Notes: a model not told the origin generated them from the sequence alone. A DNA stretch of 64,000 bases from Bacteroidota bacterium (GCA_051747965.1 JBNJGS010000003.1:7125-71124); one strand, 5' to 3'. Shown: positions 49,670 through 60,260, counted from the stretch's first letter. Numbers and translations: made by a program.

Positions 49670-50782
49670 ATGCAGATATTTGTTCTGATGCTGGCCTGCG
49701 GATATGCCGCTTTTGTTTTGCTGATACTCACCGGCATTCTGATCCTGTTGAAACAAAACAAACCCGCCAATTACGGAAAACTACCATACATCACCGTGCT
49801 GGTGGCTTTCAGAAATGAAGCAAGCCATCTCCCACGCCTTCTTGAGGATTTGTCAAATCAGCGATACCCGTACAACCGGCTAGAGGTCCTTCTGATTAAT
49901 GACCATTCAAATGATGCATGGGAGTCAATTGTTACTGATTTTACAAGACATAAATTCCTTAATTTCAGGCTAATCAATCTTCCTGACGGGTTCTTCGGCA
50001 AAAAACAAGCCCTGCAGCTTGGCATTAAACATGCCGTTGGGGAATTCATTCTGAGCCTTGATGCAGATTGCCGCCTTTCAGAAAACTGGGCGGTATCAAT
50101 GATCAGCACGCTTATTAACAACAATGCGGACATGGTTCCCGGACCCGTTGTGTTAAGCGGTAAAGGCATACCTGCCTCTTTACAGGCAGCGGAATCACTC
50201 AGCTTGCTGGCAATAACAATGGGCAGTGCCGGACTGGGAATTCCGGTACTAAGCAACGGAGCCAACATGCTGACAAAAAAATCCGAACTCATGAAATTGC
50301 AGGACCCCTACATACTCTCCGTCAGCTCAGGAGATGATATTTTACTGATGGAACAGTTTAAGCGCCTGAAGAAGAAAATCATTTTCAATCTATCTCCTAC
50401 TGCTCTGGTAAAATCATATGCCTGCAGCTCCTGGCAAAAGTTGATTCATCAACGGGCAAGATGGATGCGAAAAACGAAGCATTATCCGTTTGGCAGCAGC
50501 AAATTTACTGCAGGATTGTTTGGCCTGCTGCAATTGACATATCTGATTTCTGTCCCACTCCTGATTCTTGCAGACAAAATATTTCTGCTTTTGCTTTTAT
50601 GGGGGTTTAAGCTTATATATGATATAATTGCCATGTGGATAGCAGCAAGATTGGTAAAATCCAGCTTTCATTTTTTTCCAGCCATGGGAATGAGTCTGCT
50701 TTATCCTTTATGGACCATTGTCAGTACAATTCTATCCTGTTTTATTAAGCCATACTGGAAAGATCGTCCGGCAATTGATTAA
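49670..50782 (+). CDS. Membrane glycosyltransferase family 2
   Basis: FRNE, NDHSND, GKKQAL, DADC, SGDD, QRARW (QxxRW). Confidence 0.92.
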   Translation: MQIFVLMLACGYAAFVLLILTGILILLKQNKPANYGKLPYITVLVAFRNEASHLPRLLEDLSNQRYPYNRLEVLLINDHSNDAWESIVTDFTRHKFLNFRLINLPDGFFGKKQALQLGIKHAVGEFILSLDADCRLSENWAVSMISTLINNNADMVPGPVVLSGKGIPASLQAAESLSLLAITMGSAGLGIPVLSNGANMLTKKSELMKLQDPYILSVSSGDDILLMEQFKRLKKKIIFNLSPTALVKSYACSSWQKLIHQRARWMRKTKHYPFGSSKFTAGLFGLLQLTYLISVPLLILADKIFLLLLLWGFKLIYDIIAMWIAARLVKSSFHFFPAMGMSLLYPLWTIVSTILSCFIKPYWKDRPAID

Positions 50783-50814
50783 CGGCAGTTAAAAATATTT
50801 TCCCGAAAGATGAT

Positions 50815-53001
50815 TTAATTTGCTTCAGCAGAAATGAATTTGATTCTCACGAGTCGGATTTCTTCTTCAGAATAATCCTCATCTTCAAATTCTTCCAATG
50901 CCTCTTCCAATGTTCCGGTTTCTGATTCTTCCAGGAAATAATCGTAAATTTCATCAATCTTGTCTTCGTCCATTACTTCATTGAGGTAATAATCGATATT
51001 GATTTTGGTTCCGGAATTAATGATGGCATCAATTTCCTCAAGCAGGTCCAGCATTGACAGGCCACGGGCATCAGCAATATCATTGAGAGGCATTTTTTTA
51101 TCAATGCTTTTGATGATATATACTTTATTTCCGGATTTTTTTACCACGGATTTAACCACCATATCCTGTGGTCTGTCAATCTCATTTTCATCAACATGTT
51201 TTTTGATAACATCAAGGAACTGCTGACCGTATTTTTTTGCTTTACCCGCCCCAACGCCGGAAATCCTGGTAAGCTCTTCCATGGTAATGGGGTATTGTAT
51301 TGCCATTTCCTGCAGAGAGGGGTCACTAAAAATCACATAAGGAGGAAGATCCAAACGTTTTGACATGGATTTCCTCGAATCCTTCAGCATGGCAAACAAT
51401 TCAGCATCTGCAGCACTGGCACCACCCTGCATATCTGCCCCAGGCTCCTGATCCGGCTGATCGTAATCATGATTTTTCACCAAAGGAAAGCTGTGAGGGT
51501 TTTTCAGAAATTCGTGGCCTTTGGGAGTCATTTTGAGCAGGCCATAGTTTTCTATATCCTTATGGATCATTTTGGCAATCAGGGCCTGCCTGAAAACCGA
51601 ATTCCAGAATTTCGGATCATGGTCTTTACCGATACCGAAAATATCCAGTTTATCATGCTTATAAGAATTAACAGCAGCATTGGCTTTTCCTGCAAGCACG
51701 TTGGACAGATGCTCCGCTTTGAATCGTTCTTTAACTGTGAGGATGGAATTCAGTGCAGTCACCACATAATCTTTTCCCTCAAACTCTTGCTTGGGGTTCA
51801 GGCAGTTGTCACAATTGCCACATGGTTCTTTCATTTCCTCACCAAAATAATTAAGAAGTTGTCTTACTCTGCATACGCTGGATTCTGCGTAGGCTACGGT
51901 TTCCAACAGCAATTGCTTTCCGATTTCCTGTTCAGCCACAGGTTTTCCCTGCATGAATTTCTCAAGTTTCTGGATATCGTGGTAGCTGTAGAAGCATATA
52001 CATTTGCCTTCCCCGCCATCTCTTCCGGCACGGCCGGTTTCCTGATAATATGATTCCAGGCTTTTGGGGATATCATAATGAATGACAAAACGAACATCGG
52101 GTTTATCTATCCCCATACCAAAAGCAATGGTAGCAACAATGACATCAATTTCTTCCATCAGGAATTTATCCTGTGTACCCGAGCGTGTAGGCGAATCCAT
52201 ACCGGCATGATATGCCAGGGCTTTAATCCCGTTCACCTGTAAAGTTTCGGCAAGTTCTTCCACTTTTTTCCTGCTCAGGCAATAGATAATGCCGGATTTA
52301 TTATGATTGTTTTTGATGAATTTGATAATTTCACGGGAAGCATTGTGCTTGGATCTGACTTCATAGTACAGGTTTTCCCTGCGAAAGGATGATTTAAACA
52401 CTTCAGCATCCAGCATTTCCAGGTTTTTCTGGATATCATGCTGCACTTTGGGTGTTGCAGTTGCTGTAAGCGCAATGATCGGCGAATTCCCCAAAGCATT
52501 GACAATGGGGCGGATACGGCGGTACTCCGGCCGAAAATCATGTCCCCACTCTGAAATACAATGGGCCTCATCAATGGCATAGAAAGAAATTTCCACCTGT
52601 TTTAGAAACTCAACATTTTCCTCTTTTGTTAATGACTCAGGAGCCACATAAAGCATTTTTGTTTTTTTACTGAGTACATCATCCTTCACCTGCTGAATTT
52701 CTGTCTTTGTCAGGGATGAATTCAGAAAATGTGCTATACCTGACTCTGTACTGAACCCGCGCATGGCATCAACCTGATTTTTCATCAGGGCAATAAGGGG
52801 AGAAATCACAATGGCTGTTCCCGGAGACATTAATGCAGGAAGCTGGTAGCACAATGATTTTCCTCCGCCTGTAGGCATAAGAACAAAACAATCATTTCCC
52901 TCCAACAGTGATTTTATCACTTCCTTTTGCAGCCCTTTAAAGCGGTCAAAACCAAAGTATTTCTTCAACACATCATATATGGCGGCATCGTCAACTTTCA
53001 T
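50815..53001 (-). CDS. recQ: ATP-dependent DNA helicase RecQ
   Basis: MPTGGGKS, DEAHCISEWGHDFRP, QETGRAGRDG, Zn/RQC and HRDC regions. Confidence 0.98.
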   Translation of the reverse strand: MKVDDAAIYDVLKKYFGFDRFKGLQKEVIKSLLEGNDCFVLMPTGGGKSLCYQLPALMSPGTAIVISPLIALMKNQVDAMRGFSTESGIAHFLNSSLTKTEIQQVKDDVLSKKTKMLYVAPESLTKEENVEFLKQVEISFYAIDEAHCISEWGHDFRPEYRRIRPIVNALGNSPIIALTATATPKVQHDIQKNLEMLDAEVFKSSFRRENLYYEVRSKHNASREIIKFIKNNHNKSGIIYCLSRKKVEELAETLQVNGIKALAYHAGMDSPTRSGTQDKFLMEEIDVIVATIAFGMGIDKPDVRFVIHYDIPKSLESYYQETGRAGRDGGEGKCICFYSYHDIQKLEKFMQGKPVAEQEIGKQLLLETVAYAESSVCRVRQLLNYFGEEMKEPCGNCDNCLNPKQEFEGKDYVVTALNSILTVKERFKAEHLSNVLAGKANAAVNSYKHDKLDIFGIGKDHDPKFWNSVFRQALIAKMIHKDIENYGLLKMTPKGHEFLKNPHSFPLVKNHDYDQPDQEPGADMQGGASAADAELFAMLKDSRKSMSKRLDLPPYVIFSDPSLQEMAIQYPITMEELTRISGVGAGKAKKYGQQFLDVIKKHVDENEIDRPQDMVVKSVVKKSGNKVYIIKSIDKKMPLNDIADARGLSMLDLLEEIDAIINSGTKINIDYYLNEVMDEDKIDEIYDYFLEESETGTLEEALEEFEDEDYSEEEIRLVRIKFISAEAN

Positions 53002-53047
53002 TCAAATAGTATTTTAATAATCATTATGTTCAATTTCGTAACGTAAT

Positions 53048-53055
53048 CAAATATA
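53048..53055 (-). promoter_or_regulatory. Bacteroidota -7 element (TATATTTG) for recQ
   Basis: TAnnTTTG 46 nt upstream of the ATG. Confidence 0.55.
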
Positions 53056-53316
53056 CTAAAAAAAACTCGCATAAAAACTGAGCTTTAATACCTATTCTCA
53101 TCTTCAGCCTTAAGATTAGACAAATGATGGCTTTCGTTGGTTCTAAGGCACTTGTTTCAACAAGCTACAGCATGAAATTTTTATTTTTTCCGGATCGGAT
53201 TTTATGCTGTCCCATAAAGGGAAACGGGCAAATTTCAATTCATCATGTTCTTTTTGAGAATTTTTCTCTCATTCTGATTGAATTATCGTATTTTTATCGT
53301 ATCAAAACACAATTTT

Positions 53317-54282
53317 ATGAAAAACACAATTTTACAGACAGCCCGTGAAACGCTGATGAGAGAATCCGAAGCCATCAGCAAACTGATTGATTATCTTGAT
53401 GAAGATTTTGAAAAGGTTGTTCAACTGATAAAAGAATCCAGTGGCAGGGTGATAGTCACCGGGATTGGTAAGAGTGCCAATATAGCCAACAAAATGGTTG
53501 CCACTTTCAATTCAACAGGCACACCCAGCATTTTCATGCATGCTGCTGATGCCATACATGGAGACCTTGGCATCATTCAGAAGGAGGATATTGTTTTGGT
53601 GCTGTCAAAAAGCGGAAACACACCTGAAATAAAAGTCCTTTTGCCCCTGATCAGATCATTTCGCAATACAGTAATTGCCATAGTTTCAAATCAAAAATCT
53701 TTCCTTGCAAAAAATGCCGATTATGTACTAAAAGCCACTGTAAGCAAAGAAGCATGCCCCAACAATCTTGCCCCCACCTCAAGTACAACAGCCCAACTTG
53801 CACTTGGTGACGCTTTGGCTGTCTGCCTGCTTGAGCAGCGCGGATTTTCCGCTAAGGATTTCGCTAAGGTGCATCCGGGTGGCTCCCTGGGTAAAAAACT
53901 CTATCTGCGCATAAAAGATATGTATGTACTGAATGAGAAGCCCATGGTTTACTCCAGTGACACTGTTGGTAAAGTTATTACAGAAATAAGCAGTAAACGA
54001 CTTGGTGCAACAGCAGTACTGGACGAGCAGGACAAACTGATTGGTATAATTACCGACGGAGATATCCGCCGGATGCTTCAGTATAAACCCCAACAGATTC
54101 TTGATCTTACTGCTGCTGATATGATGTCAGCCAACCCGAAAACTGTAAATCCTGACAACCTTGCAGTAAATGCATTTGCACTCATGGAAAAAAACAACAT
54201 CACCCAATTGATTGTAGTAAAGCAAGGGAAATATCTGGGGATGGTGCATATTCATGATTTCATCAAAGAAGGCATTGTCTGA
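53317..54282 (+). CDS. kdsD: KpsF/GutQ family arabinose-5-phosphate isomerase
   Basis: GIGKS, AIHGDLG, SKSG, EACPNNLAPTSST, HPGGSLG plus CBS pair. Confidence 0.95.
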   Translation: MKNTILQTARETLMRESEAISKLIDYLDEDFEKVVQLIKESSGRVIVTGIGKSANIANKMVATFNSTGTPSIFMHAADAIHGDLGIIQKEDIVLVLSKSGNTPEIKVLLPLIRSFRNTVIAIVSNQKSFLAKNADYVLKATVSKEACPNNLAPTSSTTAQLALGDALAVCLLEQRGFSAKDFAKVHPGGSLGKKLYLRIKDMYVLNEKPMVYSSDTVGKVITEISSKRLGATAVLDEQDKLIGIITDGDIRRMLQYKPQQILDLTAADMMSANPKTVNPDNLAVNAFALMEKNNITQLIVVKQGKYLGMVHIHDFIKEGIV

Positions 54283-54286
54283 TCTT

Positions 54287-56791
54287 ATGAAAATCAGGAT
54301 TTCCATAATCATTGTAATTTATGTTTTGCTGTCTGCCGCTCACCTGACAGCACAAACAACCACGATTAGCGGACAAATCCGTGATGCCGATACCGGAGAA
54401 GCCTTGCCTTTTGTCAACATCAGTCTCAAAGGCACAAATCAAGGCACCATCAGTGATATGGAAGGCAAATTCAGCTTCAGCACAACACAAAAAGCTGACA
54501 GCCTGACAATCAGCTATCTTGGTTACAAAAAACAAATCCTTCCTGTAAGACAAGGCGAGCACAATAAGTTTGACATTAAGATGCAAATGACCGGGATACA
54601 ACTCGGGGAAGTGACTGTTATGCCGGGAAAAGTCCCCGAAGACATACTTTTACAACTCATCAAGGAAAGGAGAAAAATCAACAAACCAAAAGAACTTGAT
54701 CATTACTCTTATGATATCTACAATAAACTTGAATTTGATTTAAATAATATCAGTGGAGACTTTGGGTCCAATCGCCTGACAAAATCTTTTGAGTTTCTGG
54801 AAGATTATGTTGACACAGCACTTGTGAGCGGAAAAAAATATTTGCCCTTTTTTATTTCCGAAACATTTTCAAAAATTTATTATCAAAAAAAACCTGAAAA
54901 GGAACTTGAATTTATTGAAGCCAATAAAATTTCAGGCATTGATAATGAAAGCCTGAAACGATATACCGGTGATATGTATCAGGATGTTGATATTTATGAT
55001 CATGTGGTCAATATTCTGGGCAGAGGTTTCATATCTCCTCTTGGCCGCATGGGAAAAGCCTATTATGAATACCGGCTAAGCGATACAGCCTGGCAGGATG
55101 ACAGATGGTGTTACCGTCTGGAGTTTTCCCCAAAAAGACAACATGAGCCAACCATGGAGGGCTTTGTGTGGATCAATGATACAACCTTTGCTGTCAAATC
55201 ATTTGAAATCAGCCTGAGTGAAACTGCCAACATCAACTTTGTGGATTCTCTGGTAGCAGAAAAACATTTCACCCAGATTAATGACAGCATCTGGCTCATA
55301 AAAAAAGACAGGATTTTTATTGATTTCAATCTGCTTGATAGCAGGGAGGGATTTTTTGGCAGAAAAACCAGCCATTATTCAAATCATAAAATCAATCAGG
55401 AGGTTGACAGCAGCATTTTTGAAAAATCCTATCCAAGTAACCTGATATATCTTGATTCTATTGGCAAAACCGATTCGGTTTTCTGGGACGCTAAACGTCC
55501 TGAAAAACTCAGCAAACAGGAACAGGAAATCTATCAGATGGTAGATACAATTAAAAATGTCAAGGCTTTCAGGCAATGGGAAACTATACTCACCACCATC
55601 GTAACCGGATACTATACTGCAGGGCCCGTTGAATTGGGGCCAATATATTCCTGGGTTTCTGCCAATCCGGTAGAAGGAACACGCCTCAGGTTTGGGATGA
55701 GAACAAGCAATGATTTTTCGAAAAAACTGATGCTAAGAGGCTATGGAGCATGGGGCTTTGGCGATGAAATCTGGAAATACGGTGGGGGCTTTACCTATAT
55801 GTTTGATGTTCTCCCCCGAAAAGCCCTCTATTTTGATGCATCACGGGATTATCTGCAATCAGGAGACAAACTCAATGCACTCCGAACGGATAATGTACTG
55901 AGCACCCTGTTGCGCCGGCCAGGAGATTTACATATGTTCCTTGCAGAAAAATGGGGGATCAGCTATGAACATGAATTTATTGAAGGTATAAGTGCTATCG
56001 CCGGAATGCGAACACAAAAAATCTTCGCCCCTCCGAACAAGAGTTTCAGGCTGCAAAATTCCGATGACCCCGCAGCACAGCAACAATATCAGGAAGTCAG
56101 CCAGCTGGAAAGCTCCGAATTTACTTTTGGCCTGCACCTGGCTCCTGGTGAAAAATTCATGCGTGGCAAATTTGAACGCATATCATTGGGTACCAAAAAA
56201 CCAGTCATCAATATCAACCTTAGCTGGGCACCGGGACAATTGTTCACTAATACTGACAATTACTGGAAAACAAGCATCAATTATAAACACAAGCTTCGGC
56301 TTTATCCACTGGGGGTTTTACATTATGCCATGGAAGCCGGCAAGCTTTTTGGCAATACCGCCTATCCTTTCCTGTTTGTGCACAAAGGAAATCAATCATT
56401 TGCTTATTATGATTACGCTTTCAACCTCATGAATTTTTATGAGTTTGTCTCCGATGAATACATTTCCGTCTATGCCGAACATAAATTTCAGGGATTCTTT
56501 CTCAGCCACATTCCATTGTTACGAAAACTTGAGTGGCGCGAACACATCGGCTTTAAAGGCACTTACGGCCGCATCAGTAATAAAAATCAGGAATACAATA
56601 TGCTTCCGGACTATATTCACAATTTCACAACACTTGACGGCACCAGGGAACTTCCTTATATGGAAGTGAATGCCGGAATTAGCAATATTTTTAAAATCCT
56701 GCGGATTGATGCCGTATGGAGACTATCACATCTGAAAAATGATAACATATACCGGTTTGCGGTCATGGCTAAGCTGGAGATTAATTTCTGA
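54287..56791 (+). CDS. Carboxypeptidase-regulatory-like domain + DUF5686-like outer-membrane protein
   Basis: G.I.DA.TGE.LPFVNI, YNKLEFD, FISPL, YN/NPVEG.R, PYME..AGI.NIFK.LRID, terminal F. Confidence 0.85.
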   Translation: MKIRISIIIVIYVLLSAAHLTAQTTTISGQIRDADTGEALPFVNISLKGTNQGTISDMEGKFSFSTTQKADSLTISYLGYKKQILPVRQGEHNKFDIKMQMTGIQLGEVTVMPGKVPEDILLQLIKERRKINKPKELDHYSYDIYNKLEFDLNNISGDFGSNRLTKSFEFLEDYVDTALVSGKKYLPFFISETFSKIYYQKKPEKELEFIEANKISGIDNESLKRYTGDMYQDVDIYDHVVNILGRGFISPLGRMGKAYYEYRLSDTAWQDDRWCYRLEFSPKRQHEPTMEGFVWINDTTFAVKSFEISLSETANINFVDSLVAEKHFTQINDSIWLIKKDRIFIDFNLLDSREGFFGRKTSHYSNHKINQEVDSSIFEKSYPSNLIYLDSIGKTDSVFWDAKRPEKLSKQEQEIYQMVDTIKNVKAFRQWETILTTIVTGYYTAGPVELGPIYSWVSANPVEGTRLRFGMRTSNDFSKKLMLRGYGAWGFGDEIWKYGGGFTYMFDVLPRKALYFDASRDYLQSGDKLNALRTDNVLSTLLRRPGDLHMFLAEKWGISYEHEFIEGISAIAGMRTQKIFAPPNKSFRLQNSDDPAAQQQYQEVSQLESSEFTFGLHLAPGEKFMRGKFERISLGTKKPVININLSWAPGQLFTNTDNYWKTSINYKHKLRLYPLGVLHYAMEAGKLFGNTAYPFLFVHKGNQSFAYYDYAFNLMNFYEFVSDEYISVYAEHKFQGFFLSHIPLLRKLEWREHIGFKGTYGRISNKNQEYNMLPDYIHNFTTLDGTRELPYMEVNAGISNIFKILRIDAVWRLSHLKNDNIYRFAVMAKLEINF

Positions 56792-57025
56792 TACACAGTC
56801 CTCCCGCGCATAGCTATCATAAATGCCTCTTATCAACTTATCTGAGAGCAGTCTGAAAAGCCCGGCCAAAGGAAAGGGCAAACCTGCTTTCCGGCAATGT
56901 CCATACCTGCAGGTGAATTGGTTTAATATATTATAAAACAGAAGAAAACTATTCAAGCAAAACTTCAACAAAATACCTTTTCATGTGTTTTACATGGTAT
57001 AGAAACGTTTTAAAAACAGGATATT

Positions 57026-57787
57026 ATGAAAAACAAAAGAATAATTATTACTGGCGGTGCAGGCGGAATTGGAGCTGCACTGGCAAGAATCTTACTTGAT
57101 AAGGGCGCCAAAGTTTTACTTGTCGACCTGAAAAAAGAAGACTTACAAAAAACAGCAGATGAACTGAAATCTGACAATGTTTACATTTTTGAAGCTGATG
57201 TTTCAGACGAAAAGGCTGTCAAAGCTTATGTTGATTATGCTGTAAAAGAAATGGGAGGCATTGATGTCTTCTACAACAACGCAGGTATTGAAGGCAAAGT
57301 AGTTCCTTTGGAAGAATATCCCATAGATGTTTATCATAAATTGATTGACATCAATGTTAATGGAGTCTATTATGGTTTGCGATATGTCTTTCCCGTTATG
57401 AAAAAGAACGAGAATGGCGGCAGCATTATCATAACATCTTCAGTAGCCGGTATGGTGGGCACACCAAATGTTTTGCCCTATGTTACCAGCAAGCATGCTG
57501 TTGTCGGTATGATGAAATCAGCGGCCATGGAAGGCGCAGAACACAAAATACGTGTCAACACAGTAAATCCTTCACCTGTTGATAACCGTATGATGCGTTC
57601 ACTTGAAGAAGGTTTCGCACCGGGTCAGGCAGAAGGAGCCAAGCAGGGATTTGAACAGGCCATCCCAATGAAACGCTACGCAACCAATGATGAAGTTGCC
57701 AATGTGATGTATTTCCTTGGCAGCGACGAAAGCAGTTTTGTAACCGGAACAATCAATGCTGTTGATGGCGGCATGACTGCCGGCTAA
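57026..57787 (+). CDS. Classical SDR oxidoreductase, probably NAD(H)-dependent
   Basis: TGGAGGIG, acidic residue after beta-2 (VDL), NNAGI, S..YVTSK, VDGG. Confidence 0.94.
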   Translation: MKNKRIIITGGAGGIGAALARILLDKGAKVLLVDLKKEDLQKTADELKSDNVYIFEADVSDEKAVKAYVDYAVKEMGGIDVFYNNAGIEGKVVPLEEYPIDVYHKLIDINVNGVYYGLRYVFPVMKKNENGGSIIITSSVAGMVGTPNVLPYVTSKHAVVGMMKSAAMEGAEHKIRVNTVNPSPVDNRMMRSLEEGFAPGQAEGAKQGFEQAIPMKRYATNDEVANVMYFLGSDESSFVTGTINAVDGGMTAG

Positions 57788-57810
57788 ACAATACAGACAA
57801 AAGCATACAT

Positions 57811-57849
57811 AAAAGCCGTTTCTTTCTTTATAAATGAAACGGCTTTTTT
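57811..57849. terminator. Bidirectional intrinsic terminator
   Basis: AAAAGCCGTTTC-N13-GAAACGGCTTTT between convergent genes. Confidence 0.8.
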
Positions 57850-57868
57850 AATGATCTCCATTTGAAAA

Positions 57869-58684
57869 CTATTTTTTTTCGTAGTAGTCTGTACTCTCAA
57901 ATATTTTATCTGCCGATTGAGCAATAAATCCGGAAAACAAATTCCCTTCAGAATCAGGATAACGCCTTGTGAATTCATAATAAGTCACCGGTACTTCAAA
58001 TGTACCTTCCTTGAAATCTATTCTTTGCAGACTGGCTCTGATACTTGACTGCTCCAGAAGCTTTACAGGATTGCCTTTGATTTCGCCACCGGAATCATTG
58101 ATTACATAGCCCTTGTTTTTAAGAAATTCATTGATTTTTTCAAGCGTATCAAAGTTTTTAAGTCTGTTTACACTGATGGCAAAATGATTTACAGTAAAAC
58201 CAAAAAGATACATCCATGCAGCGTATTCCGATTCTTTGCGCAGGCGGCTGTAAACGCTGTAAGACGGCAAATCATCCCACAAATTACCGGCTGTCAGAAG
58301 CTGCTCACCATGCAAAATATCAACAGGTACTTTAGCAAGCATCTCATCCACCATAGACTGGACATACTGGCTGAATTCTGCAGTTTTTAATTCGGAAATA
58401 AAAATCCTTGGTGCATCTTTCAGGCTCTTGTGCTCATAATGCCGCGCATACAAATGTTTTTGCTCAAATTCATAATCTCCCCTGAGCTGATAACCACGGT
58501 CGATAAACCACTGAGCCAGCACATCAATGCCGGCTTTGGGGTGATCGAAGGTTCTGAATGCAATATGATCATGCACAATGTCTTCTTCCTCCTGTAAAAA
58601 TAAGTCATGTACTTTCTTCACCTCAGGGTTTCTTGTAATATAATCTTCCCAGAGATGATCAAACAAATCAGAAATTTTCTCCAT
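57869..58684 (-). CDS. DUF1338 family protein (2-oxoadipate dioxygenase/decarboxylase HglS-like)
   Basis: DHIAFRT, PRIFISEL, ESEYAAW, NHF, LEQSS, YYEF, ADKIFEST; His-His-Glu metal triad apparent. Confidence 0.85.
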   Translation of the reverse strand: MEKISDLFDHLWEDYITRNPEVKKVHDLFLQEEEDIVHDHIAFRTFDHPKAGIDVLAQWFIDRGYQLRGDYEFEQKHLYARHYEHKSLKDAPRIFISELKTAEFSQYVQSMVDEMLAKVPVDILHGEQLLTAGNLWDDLPSYSVYSRLRKESEYAAWMYLFGFTVNHFAISVNRLKNFDTLEKINEFLKNKGYVINDSGGEIKGNPVKLLEQSSIRASLQRIDFKEGTFEVPVTYYEFTRRYPDSEGNLFSGFIAQSADKIFESTDYYEKK

Positions 58685-58838
58685 GCTTTTTACGTTTTGT
58701 TTATTTATTCAACAATCACAAGGCGGTACTGTTCAATATTTGAAAATATGGCCATTTCGGAAAAAACGTAACAATCCAGGCTGAACTACAACTAATCCGA
58801 TGAAGAAATTGTATCTTCACATTTTAAAATAACAGGAC

Positions 58839-60131
58839 ATGAAACGAGAAAAGCTGGCGAAAAAGTGGCGTAGAAATTTCAATAAAACACTGGTCTTAGG
58901 CGCATGCCTTATACTGCTGACCGTTGGGCAAAGTGTAGCTCAAAGCACAAAAGACAGTATTGATTTACTGGAAAGCAGCATCCGGAAACTGGAGAACCGA
59001 CGTGATTCAATGTATTCAATACTTGAAGATCTGAGAATCGAGGACATCATGGAGGACATCAAAGCAGCAGGTTATCCGCAAGGAGCAGAAACCGAAGAAA
59101 TCACAAGTCATCCAGGCATTGTTATTTCATACAATGAAAACCACGAACTTGCCAATTGGGTTGCCCACATGATTATCCCCCAGGTAAAAACCGGCAATTT
59201 ATCACGCACCAATGATTTTCGCCCGGATACCACCATTTCCACAGGTACTGCCGTGGAGGAAGATTACTTTAAAAAATATCTGCAGGAAGACAGCACCTAT
59301 GAATATGACGGATACGGCTATGACAGGGGTCACCTTGCAGCCTCCGCAGATTACCGGTGGTCAAAACAGGCCATGTCAGCAACTTACTATTACTCAAACA
59401 TGACGCCACAACGCCCGGAATTTAACCGTGCAGGATGGGCAAAGCTGGAAAACTTTCTGCGTACCTATGTCATTGAGAACGAAACGCCAATTCTTGTTTA
59501 TACCGGACCTGTACTAAGTGATGATTTACCGGTAGTTGAACGCAGCGTCAACAAGATCAGCCTGCCGGAGTTTCATTATAAAATTGCCTGGGACAAGGAA
59601 AACAACAGATGCATTGCTTTTGTCATGCCAAATATAGAAATCGACAAGCCCCTGGGAAGCTATGCCGTAAGTGTTGACAGTGTTGAATCACTGACAGGAA
59701 TAGATTTCCTGCCGGCTTTGTCAGAAGATAAGCAGGAAAAGCTTGAAAGCAAGAACAATCCTGAAGCCTGGTTTTCCGGTGAACACAAAGGCGATAAAGT
59801 ACCACTCAGCAAAGCTGATATGCCTGAAGGAGCCTTCAACACAATCAATGCCCGTGCATTCATGGGCAGCAAGAAAAAAGTCACTGTCTGTGGCACTGTG
59901 GTTTCTACCCACAAATCCGGCAAAGGCAACACATTCATCAATCTCGACAAGACATTTCCAAATCAAATTTTCACTGTTACAATCTGGAAAGACCATCAGG
60001 CCAACTTTCCATACGAAGCCCATAAGGTGCTGATGAATGAGAAAATATGCGTGAGCGGCAGGGTTGAAGAATTTGGTGATAAGCCAGCCATTTTTCTTAA
60101 AAATGAAAACAACATACAAATCATAGACTAA
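58839..60131 (+). CDS. Exported DNA/RNA non-specific endonuclease with C-terminal OB-fold-like domain
   Basis: GYDRGHL, SNMTPQ, FNRAGWAKLE, TGPV; C-terminal VCGTVV..FINL..FTVTIW..VSGRV. Confidence 0.9.
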   Translation: MKREKLAKKWRRNFNKTLVLGACLILLTVGQSVAQSTKDSIDLLESSIRKLENRRDSMYSILEDLRIEDIMEDIKAAGYPQGAETEEITSHPGIVISYNENHELANWVAHMIIPQVKTGNLSRTNDFRPDTTISTGTAVEEDYFKKYLQEDSTYEYDGYGYDRGHLAASADYRWSKQAMSATYYYSNMTPQRPEFNRAGWAKLENFLRTYVIENETPILVYTGPVLSDDLPVVERSVNKISLPEFHYKIAWDKENNRCIAFVMPNIEIDKPLGSYAVSVDSVESLTGIDFLPALSEDKQEKLESKNNPEAWFSGEHKGDKVPLSKADMPEGAFNTINARAFMGSKKKVTVCGTVVSTHKSGKGNTFINLDKTFPNQIFTVTIWKDHQANFPYEAHKVLMNEKICVSGRVEEFGDKPAIFLKNENNIQIID

Positions 60132-60238
60132 GTCAACAGTCACTGACAGGATAATATTGCTGATTCTGTGGTACAGGGATGCATCTGCCATTCTGTCAAA
60201 ACACCTGCCAAATTGTTGAAAGAACAGGAAATTTTCAT

Positions 60239-60246
60239 TACCTTTG
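60239..60246 (+). promoter_or_regulatory. Bacteroidota -7 element (TACCTTTG)
   Basis: TAnnTTTG 14 nt upstream of ATG 60261. Confidence 0.6.
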
Positions 60247-60260
60247 TTAAAAATTATTCC

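Noticed and set aside
56817..56920. Riboswitch-like words upstream of the SDR (CTTATCTGAGAG... like SAM-I; GGGCAAACC like c-di-GMP-I)
   Set aside because: I could not find the remaining conserved cores (SAM-I GAGGGA/GGCCC and GGTGC..TCC; c-di-GMP GAAA loop and GACGCAAAG) or build the pairing; cmscan against Rfam would settle it
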